Source of the DNA: Nanobdellati archaeon | GTDB lineage: Archaea > EX4484-52 > JAADEF01 | Reading direction: 5' to 3' | Assembly (NCBI GenBank): GCA_026997215.1 | Contig: JALWJP010000184.1 | Span: 340-31,808, forward strand | DNA: 31,469 nucleotides | Notes under the pieces: generated by a model | The model's database searches: none | Told to the model about the DNA's origin: nothing | What the model saw: only the letters and a program-made list of their open reading frames with translations | Translations under genes and position numbers: made by a program | In this document: piece after piece, positions 25,473 through 31,469 of the stretch | How positions within the stretch are numbered: the first letter of the stretch is position 1 | Layout: each line of letters starts with the position of its first letter

Positions 25473-26039
25473 TTATTTCATCATTATTTTTAAAATTTTC
25501 TTAAAGTGTTCGTAATTGTCAACCCACTCAACATCATAATAAAATTTCTTCCTTTTTCTTCCATTCTTTTGCAATCTTATAATATCATCTTTATCTTTTA
25601 TAATCCCTGATAAATTTCTAGTTGCAATAACTTTCATTTTCTTATATTTTGACATGAAAGATAATTGTCCATGAAATATTGACAATAAAAAGTCTATACG
25701 TGGTAAGTAGGATCCATACTCTCCTCTCATAAGTTCTCTTAGAAAAGAATTAGTGTATCTTATAGGATATTTATCAATATCTGCATAAATCCTCTTTATC
25801 TTCCCACCCTTATTACATGAAGTGTAGATATGTTTATCACCATAATAAATAGTGTACCCAATAATATCGCCAACTTTATAACAATATAATATAGTGTTGC
25901 TCAATTTCATCTTTATCTTCTTGTATAGTTTTAAAGGTAAAATAAAATTCCTCTCTACTGAAAATGCCCAATCTTCTTTTGTTCTTATGTTTTTTAAGTA
26001 ATCATATACAATCTTATCAAAATGATTCTCTATTCCCAT
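25473..26039 (-). CDS. Hypothetical basic protein
   Basis: 188-aa ORF overlapping its upstream neighbour. Confidence 0.7.
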   Translation of the reverse strand: MGIENHFDKIVYDYLKNIRTKEDWAFSVERNFILPLKLYKKIKMKLSNTILYCYKVGDIIGYTIYYGDKHIYTSCNKGGKIKRIYADIDKYPIRYTNSFLRELMRGEYGSYLPRIDFLLSIFHGQLSFMSKYKKMKVIATRNLSGIIKDKDDIIRLQKNGRKRKKFYYDVEWVDNYEHFKKILKIMMK

Positions 26040-26328
26040 GATCCCACCCCCTCATTAATAATCCTTCTATCTCATCTTTGGAATATCCCATCTTCATCAT
26101 AAGTCCTATAAATGCTCTAAAAATTACCGCTAAATCCTCTGGTCTATCTGTCCTAAATGATATTGGTTTACCATATTTATCATCTATTATCTTTCCTATC
26201 TCTATACTTGCTTTTGGTGTATATTTCTCATCTCCTTTCAAATAGGTTATTCTCAAATATTGTTCCATGTTCTCTTTTCCTAAATTTCCTTTTCTTCTCA
26301 ATTCTATTATATTTTCTCTCCAACTCAT
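26017..26328 (-). CDS. Hypothetical protein, possibly PC4-like ssDNA-binding
   Basis: YLRITY...SIEIGK...GKPISF beta-rich core followed by a helix; fold call is weak inference. Confidence 0.55.
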   Translation of the reverse strand: MSWRENIIELRRKGNLGKENMEQYLRITYLKGDEKYTPKASIEIGKIIDDKYGKPISFRTDRPEDLAVIFRAFIGLMMKMGYSKDEIEGLLMRGWDHGNRESF

Positions 26329-26672
26329 ATTTTCTCACCCATATCATTCAATATATCTAATTTTATTTCTCTCTCTATATCGTTTATTAATTTGTTTATT
26401 ATTCTTCTGTTTTTTAGAAGTATGTTTAACATTTCATTATTTTCATATACTATTTTATGATTGTTCTTATATATATAGATCTCAATAAGTTTAACATGCC
26501 TATACCATATAGCTATTATAACATAATCACCATATAATTTGATTATATCCATTGTATGTCTTGTATTGTATTCTCCTGAATATACAAAAAAACCATTTAA
26601 TTCAATTAGATTATATTTTTTCACTAAATTAATTAATTTATTTATTAATTCCTTCTTATTCATTTCTTCCAC
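26325..26672 (-). CDS. Hypothetical protein
   Basis: 115-aa ORF. Confidence 0.65.
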   Translation of the reverse strand: MEEMNKKELINKLINLVKKYNLIELNGFFVYSGEYNTRHTMDIIKLYGDYVIIAIWYRHVKLIEIYIYKNNHKIVYENNEMLNILLKNRRIINKLINDIEREIKLDILNDMGEKI

Positions 26673-26838
26673 CTCTTATTAGTTTTTTTAGAAAGTCATT
26701 TACTTCTTCCCATTCTTCTTCTATTTCTACTGGTATCACATGTATGTCAATTTTCTTATTTATTAAATCCTCTACCTTTACAAATACTGATCCTAATTCT
26801 CTATTGGCTTCTATCTCCACTCTATACATCCTCCTCAC
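26656..26838 (-). CDS. Small hypothetical protein
   Basis: 60-aa ORF, GAGGTGAGGAG SD. Confidence 0.65.
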   Translation of the reverse strand: MRRMYRVEIEANRELGSVFVKVEDLINKKIDIHVIPVEIEEEWEEVNDFLKKLIRGGRNE

Positions 26839-26844
26839 CTCTAG

Positions 26845-27312
26845 CTATAAGTTTTTTGCTTTTACTATTACTTTCCTCTTTTCTGCTATGTCTAAGTATT
26901 TATCCAACATCTCAATAATTATGTTAAATATTCTTTCTTTATGTTCGTAAATGAAATCCAAATGCTTTGCTTTTATGAATAATGTTACTGGGTAATCTAA
27001 ATAACTAACCGATTCTTTTGTGGTAATCCTAATTACACTGTTTTCTGATATAGATATGTTATGTATCCTAATCGCTATATCTAATGACTTGTATATCGGG
27101 AATAAAAATATTTTTATCTCTATTGTATTATTATTTATAACTTCTTCCTTTATTAACTCAAAATACATATCTCTTACCTCAAACATACTAACATCACTAA
27201 CCAAATTCTCAAATCTTTTTCTTATATCTTTTTTGTATTTTTTGTTAAATAACTTCTTCATCTCCTTTACATATTTTACATGTTTTGGTTTTTTGAATAT
27301 CATACCACTCAC
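26845..27312 (-). CDS. Hypothetical protein
   Basis: 155-aa K/I-rich ORF. Confidence 0.7.
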   Translation of the reverse strand: MSGMIFKKPKHVKYVKEMKKLFNKKYKKDIRKRFENLVSDVSMFEVRDMYFELIKEEVINNNTIEIKIFLFPIYKSLDIAIRIHNISISENSVIRITTKESVSYLDYPVTLFIKAKHLDFIYEHKERIFNIIIEMLDKYLDIAEKRKVIVKAKNL

Positions 27313-27511
27313 TAATATCCATTTAAATCATTTTCTAATAATTCAACTAATTCTTTTACTTGTTTTTTATTTAAGTATATATTTACTATTCTTCCTTTAT
27401 TCCAAACAGCCACTTCTAATATGTATTCTTTTAAATTAAGTTTATTTATCAACATTCCTTCATTTCCATCTCCTATTACTTTTTTCATTACATCACCTCA
27501 TACTGCCACTA

Positions 27512-28126
27512 TCATTCTAACAAATCACCAACTCTATCCAAATACTCATATCTTACAGCTTCTAGAACCTTTTTCCAATAATTTTTAGAAAACAAAATCC
27601 TAAATTCTCTAAATTCTAAATTGTTTTTATTAATATAAATTATATATCCCGTATTAACTTTTGTTGCAAACATGTAGAAATGCAATTGTGCTAAATGTGT
27701 CTCATTCGGAAATGAAGGTAATTCTGATACTGTCTTTAACTCAATCACTTCATTTGAATACTTATCAAATATATCCATCCTACCTCTTATCCTTACCTTC
27801 TCAGGTAGTTTTATTGTTTTCTCTATTCTCTTCTCTATCTCATAATCCTCCGTATTAAACAATTCCTTCTGTATAAACTCATGCAATATGTTCCCTATTT
27901 CAAATATCCTTGCTGTCTCTAAATCTATATCACTTATAAACCTTTTTGCTCTAATAACTTTCCATGATATAGATAATTGAGATGCGAAATATTCATTATG
28001 CTTTAAAACATGTTCCTCCTTATCATTCATCTTATCCATTAAATACTTATCCAAAAAGGTTTTGTATTTACTAACTTCTGCTATTGCACCTATACCACTA
28101 GCATTTCCTTCCATTATATCACCCAC
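27512..28126 (-). CDS. Cas4-like/RecB-family PD-(D/E)XK exonuclease lacking Fe-S cysteines
   Basis: GNILHEFIQ, IRGRMD, VIELKT, HLAQLHFYM; no Cys in the protein. Confidence 0.85.
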   Translation of the reverse strand: MGDIMEGNASGIGAIAEVSKYKTFLDKYLMDKMNDKEEHVLKHNEYFASQLSISWKVIRAKRFISDIDLETARIFEIGNILHEFIQKELFNTEDYEIEKRIEKTIKLPEKVRIRGRMDIFDKYSNEVIELKTVSELPSFPNETHLAQLHFYMFATKVNTGYIIYINKNNLEFREFRILFSKNYWKKVLEAVRYEYLDRVGDLLE

Positions 28127-28145
28127 TTATATAAAATTAATAATA

Positions 28146-28412
28146 TCACTCTCCTTCGTATATAAAGTGTTCTAACCTCTTTGCCACAAACACAACAACT
28201 TCTGCCAACTTATCAGCTGTTAGTTCCTTCTTTTTCATATTGTCTGCAGTACTTAACTCAGGTGTCTTATTCAATTGCACTATCTCCACAATCTTTGTTG
28301 CAGTAGATAGTGCATTCATTCTTGCTATTCTCCTATCTTTCTTCTCCCACACATTTTCCTCCTTCCTATCTGTCTCTATCTTAAAGTCACTTTCATACCC
28401 CACATTCCTCAC
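28146..28412 (-). CDS. Small helical protein in the recombination module
   Basis: KKDRRIARMNALSTA...VAKRLEHFI; lies between exonuclease and Sak4-like genes. Confidence 0.7.
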   Translation of the reverse strand: MRNVGYESDFKIETDRKEENVWEKKDRRIARMNALSTATKIVEIVQLNKTPELSTADNMKKKELTADKLAEVVVFVAKRLEHFIYEGE

Positions 28413-28567
28413 CTCACTATTCTGCTTATTAATTTTCCATCTTTCTCAACATATAGTTTAAATCTGTGTCCACAATAAAAACATAAAGCAGTACTATTCT
28501 TTAAGTGTTTTTTCTTATGGATATATTTTCGTGTTCTACCACATTTAGGACATTTAACTTTTAACAT
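28409..28567 (-). CDS. Zinc-ribbon protein (52 aa)
   Basis: Hand-translated MLKVKCPKCGRTRKYIHKKKHLKNSTALCFYCGHRFKLYVEKDGKLISRIVR; two CxxC; not in ORF track. Confidence 0.8.
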   Translation of the reverse strand: MLKVKCPKCGRTRKYIHKKKHLKNSTALCFYCGHRFKLYVEKDGKLISRIVR

Positions 28568-28784
28568 AATAATCGACCCATTTCTCTAATTTGGATTTCT
28601 TTCCTTTCTTGGTTTTTTTATTCAACCTAAATTCTATCATCTTACTTATCCTTGCAACTTCCTTCCAATTTCCTCTTAATATCATCTGTCTTTTCATTCT
28701 CTCTAATGTTTTTATATCCATATCATCACTCTTCCTCCGGAATAACTTAAAAAAATTAAATTTCGATAAAAAACTTAGGATCAT
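28554..28784 (-). CDS. Small basic hypothetical protein
   Basis: 76 aa, K/R-rich. Confidence 0.6.
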   Translation of the reverse strand: MILSFLSKFNFFKLFRRKSDDMDIKTLERMKRQMILRGNWKEVARISKMIEFRLNKKTKKGKKSKLEKWVDYYVKS

Positions 28785-29373
28785 TTACAACCACCCTTTC
28801 TTTCCATTTCTTTATGGCTCTTGCTCCATTTTCCTTCTTATATACTCTATACACCTTATCAATATGCCTTAATACAGTAACATTCATCTTTGGGCCAATC
28901 TCATAAGGTTGGAATGATTTTACTGCTTCATGTGCTATAATGATTATTGTTGCTCCTTTCTCTTTCAGTAATGATAACCTTCTAAATACCACATCATAAA
29001 AGTTTGATAATTCTATGTTCTTTCTTGGGCTCATAAGTTTATCAGATAGAAAATCTGATGATAATGAAGTTATACTATCCACTACTATCCATCTACCTTT
29101 CATATCATAATTATTCAACTCTGATAACTTAGAAAGTAGTATTGTGTAATGTTTAACATCTATTATATTAAATTTGTTAGGTAGATCACTCGTTTTATAA
29201 TTTGTATCTACTTTAAACCATATCACTTTGTCTTTATTTTCTAATATCTTCCTTACAAATGTTGTTTTACCTATCAATGGCTCTCCGAAGATAACAACTA
29301 TCTTATTCTTATTTTCATCTACCCATTTTTTGTAATAGTCCTCTGTCCTATCACTCACATCTTTTAAAGTCAT
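28756..29373 (-). CDS. RecA-fold ATPase, Sak4/RadB-like (AAA_24-type)
   Basis: VIFGEPLIGKTT Walker A, WIVVDSITSL Walker B, IIIAHE motif; about 205 aa core only. Confidence 0.8.
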   Translation of the reverse strand: MTLKDVSDRTEDYYKKWVDENKNKIVVIFGEPLIGKTTFVRKILENKDKVIWFKVDTNYKTSDLPNKFNIIDVKHYTILLSKLSELNNYDMKGRWIVVDSITSLSSDFLSDKLMSPRKNIELSNFYDVVFRRLSLLKEKGATIIIIAHEAVKSFQPYEIGPKMNVTVLRHIDKVYRVYKKENGARAIKKWKERVVVNDPKFFIEI

Positions 29374-29410
29374 CTTATCACCTCTTTTTTACTTAACATA
29401 TCACACATAT

Positions 29411-30091
29411 TTAAAATATTCTATAAGCAACTATTCCGTCTCTTAATTCTATTTCTTCTCCATCGTATGATGCTAATACATGTGCTACTCTATCTATATT
29501 TATCACATCATCTATATATGCATCTATATCTATATAATTTAATAATACGTCTTCATCAATATAATGTGTTATGTTATTCATTATTTCGTCTAATCTATCT
29601 TCTACTTCTATTTCTGCTAATTCGTATCCATATTCGTTTACTAAATCATCTATATCTATTTCTCCTTCTTTAACTTTTTCTTTTAATTCTTCTGCTTCTT
29701 CTTCTGTAATTATACCATTACGAACTAAATCATCTATGAAGTCTGGTTCTAATAGTTCTTTGTATGTGTCTATTAAAGCATCTATCTCATCACTACTGAT
29801 ATCATTTCTTAGTTTGTCTTCATCTATGTAATCAGTTATATCTTTTATGAACATTTTAGGTTCACCTTCAACCATTTCATATAATTGTTCTCTTGTGTAT
29901 GCTTCTGCATCTTCATAACTATAAAATACTAAATATTCTGTATCGTCTGAGAATAACACATCATATACATTGTTTCCTATATATTCGTATCTTACTAACT
30001 CTGCTTCATCCTCTATTAACTTCCTTGTTGCTAATTCCTTTACTGCTTCTGGTAAATCTTCTATTTCAATATCTTCTGGCATTTTCATCAC
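29411..30091 (-). CDS. Highly acidic protein, putative DNA mimic (ArdA-like)
   Basis: About 70 D+E vs about 19 K+R in 226 aa (hand count); repeated YIDED/YIDID motifs; C-terminal LASYDGEE. Confidence 0.55.
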   Translation of the reverse strand: MMKMPEDIEIEDLPEAVKELATRKLIEDEAELVRYEYIGNNVYDVLFSDDTEYLVFYSYEDAEAYTREQLYEMVEGEPKMFIKDITDYIDEDKLRNDISSDEIDALIDTYKELLEPDFIDDLVRNGIITEEEAEELKEKVKEGEIDIDDLVNEYGYELAEIEVEDRLDEIMNNITHYIDEDVLLNYIDIDAYIDDVINIDRVAHVLASYDGEEIELRDGIVAYRIF

Positions 30092-30405
30092 TTTTTTTGT
30101 TTTTTTAATCCAAAAATCTTGGCTTTATATCTTCTTGTTCTTTTTATTGCCTCTCTATGCTTTTCTTTTGTATAATTATTGTCTCTATATCTCTTTAATC
30201 TCTCTATTTGTTTCTTTCTATATTCTTCATCGCAATAATATCTGATGACATTCTTATGGACTTTAAACTTACTTGCTATCCTTTTATATCCCAAACCTTT
30301 TTTTCTTAATTCTTTTATCTCTTTTATCTGTTCTTCTGTTAATTTTGTGTTTCTCTTTTGCTCTCTTGTTAATTTCACTTTTTCTATCTCAAACCAATAA
30401 GGCAT
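30088..30405 (-). CDS. HTH DNA-binding protein
   Basis: KLTEEQIKEIKELRKKGLGYKRIASKFKVHKNVIRYY. Confidence 0.8.
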   Translation of the reverse strand: MPYWFEIEKVKLTREQKRNTKLTEEQIKEIKELRKKGLGYKRIASKFKVHKNVIRYYCDEEYRKKQIERLKRYRDNNYTKEKHREAIKRTRRYKAKIFGLKKQKK

Positions 30406-30415
30406 ATTACCACCC

Positions 30416-30679
30416 TTATATATTTTTTACCTCTAAAATAATGAACTCCTTTAATATACTCAACAAATTATCAAATGATTGTTGTTTGAAGTGATATTCC
30501 ATACTTTTAATATCTTCCTCATTATCTGATTTAAATTCAAAATTATTATTATACCACCTTACATGATGATCTGAGATTTCTAAAACAAACCATACTAGGC
30601 TAAGTCCATCGTAATAAATAATTGTTGTTATATCATAACTATCCATTAATGCTTTTATTTTCTTTTTTATATCCATCAC
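30416..30679 (-). CDS. Hypothetical protein
   Basis: 87-aa ORF overlapping the vWA stop by 4 nt. Confidence 0.65.
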   Translation of the reverse strand: MMDIKKKIKALMDSYDITTIIYYDGLSLVWFVLEISDHHVRWYNNNFEFKSDNEEDIKSMEYHFKQQSFDNLLSILKEFIILEVKNI

Positions 30680-31469
30680 CTCTCTATTTTTATTATTTTA
30701 TCATGATATTCTTTAATATACTCATCTGTTCCTTGTGATGTTATTATCCAAATAAGATTATTTATTTTATTTCTGTATTTCTCATAATTATATGTATCCG
30801 TCCATCCATCTGTTAATATCGCTAATTGCTTTATATTATTATCTACTGCCCATTTCATTCCTTTAATCATATCTGTTCCTCCACCTCCTTTTGCTTTTTT
30901 GAATATTTTCTTTAACTTCTTTATGTCGTTTTGATAGAGTTCTGTTTCTTCTTCGTGTTTTACTTCTGTATCTATGAATGCTATTTTTAATTTAACATTT
31001 TGATATTGCCTTATTAAATCTGATAATACTGATAAGAACTCACCTAACTCATCTTCACTTATTGATCCTGATGTATCTATCACTGCTCCTAATCTAATTT
31101 CCTCTCCATAAGTTGACGGTAGCGGTGCATTTATTATCCATGTTTTTCTGTGATATCTTTTCCAAGAATAATCTTTCTTTATACTTTTATTTAATGAAGA
31201 TTTTAGAATGTTTTTCCAATTGATTTTTTTAGTTAATACTTCATTTAGTATTCTATCTATATCTTGTGATAATTTACCTCCTTGTTTAGCATGTTGTATC
31301 CCTTTTTCTAAATCTGTTTCTATTTCTTTTCTTTCTTCTACTGATAGTTCGTCATAATCATCAATATCTTCAAATTCGTTGAAAGAATCTAATACACTTT
31401 CATCAATCTCTCCATCTTTTAAATTATCATTATTTTTCCATCGTGGATCATAAGAATTATCATTTTTTC
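30676..31469 (-). CDS. DUF2201-like vWA-domain protein, 5'-partial
   Basis: VIDTSGSIS MIDAS, GGGGTD, ILTDG; the frame stays open to the window end (...INWKNILK...YSWKRYHRK...LPST..., typical DUF2201 linker), so the track start at 31083 is internal. Confidence 0.88.
   Translation of the reverse strand, partial: KNDNSYDPRWKNNDNLKDGEIDESVLDSFNEFEDIDDYDELSVEERKEIETDLEKGIQHAKQGGKLSQDIDRILNEVLTKKINWKNILKSSLNKSIKKDYSWKRYHRKTWIINAPLPSTYGEEIRLGAVIDTSGSISEDELGEFLSVLSDLIRQYQNVKLKIAFIDTEVKHEEETELYQNDIKKLKKIFKKAKGGGGTDMIKGMKWAVDNNIKQLAILTDGWTDTYNYEKYRNKINNLIWIITSQGTDEYIKEYHDKIIKIER

Larger units (their letters stand above)
1..31469 (-). mobile_element. Archaeal virus/provirus genome segment (terminase-encoding, spindle/enveloped-type structural module, tyrosine recombinase)
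   Basis: Near-unidirectional compact gene array with overlapping start/stop codons; TerL, Hjc, integrase, phage-type Dam, many small ORFans; no housekeeping genes; archaeal SD motifs and TATA boxes. Confidence 0.9.

Noticed and set aside
27512-28126. CRISPR-Cas locus suggested by the Cas4-like gene
   Set aside because: No repeat-spacer array or other cas genes; context is a viral recombination module.
443-30494. Numerous plus-strand ORFs in the track (other than 19177..19821)
   Set aside because: They are antisense shadows of well-supported minus-strand genes, with S/F/L/I-rich composition, no SD and no motifs.
31441-31469. Exact circular join of window end to position 1
   Set aside because: Joining creates a TGA in the vWA frame and the 1..255 ORF does not resemble a DUF2201 N-terminus; some sequence must be missing.

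Overview
AT-rich (roughly 30% GC by eye), gene-dense window that reads as most of an archaeal virus or provirus genome. Evidence: GGTGA/GAGGTGA Shine-Dalgarno motifs, TTTAAA TATA boxes, an Hjc-like resolvase and N-glycosylation-rich membrane proteins. Every credible gene is on the minus strand except one small tyrosine recombinase. Modules in minus-strand reading order: (i) ~24.9-31.5 kb, DUF2201-like vWA protein, very acidic ArdA-like protein, Sak4/RadB-like ATPase, Cys-free Cas4-like nuclease and many small ORFs; (ii) ~19.8-24.9 kb, IbrA-like PP-loop protein, IbrB-like ParB/Srx protein, unknown, ParB-like protein, TerS-like HTH, terminase large subunit and pyruvoyl-dependent arginine decarboxylase; (iii) ~7.2-19.1 kb, a virion module with a morphogenesis-type ATPase, several membrane proteins, small basic proteins, a 1094-aa DUF2341 adhesin and a 94-aa two-helix protein resembling spindle-shaped-virus capsid proteins; (iv) ~0.3-7.2 kb, RHH regulators, Rnl2-like ligase, Hjc, DNA adenine methyltransferase and MoxR-like AAA+ ATPase. 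Two observations stand out. A terminase pair occurs with a spindle/enveloped-type virion module and no recognisable portal, HK97 capsid or tail. The terminase is also embedded in a PP-loop + ParB + arginine decarboxylase cluster that could be an agmatine-based DNA modification system. All family assignments come from motif recognition by eye; no searches were run.
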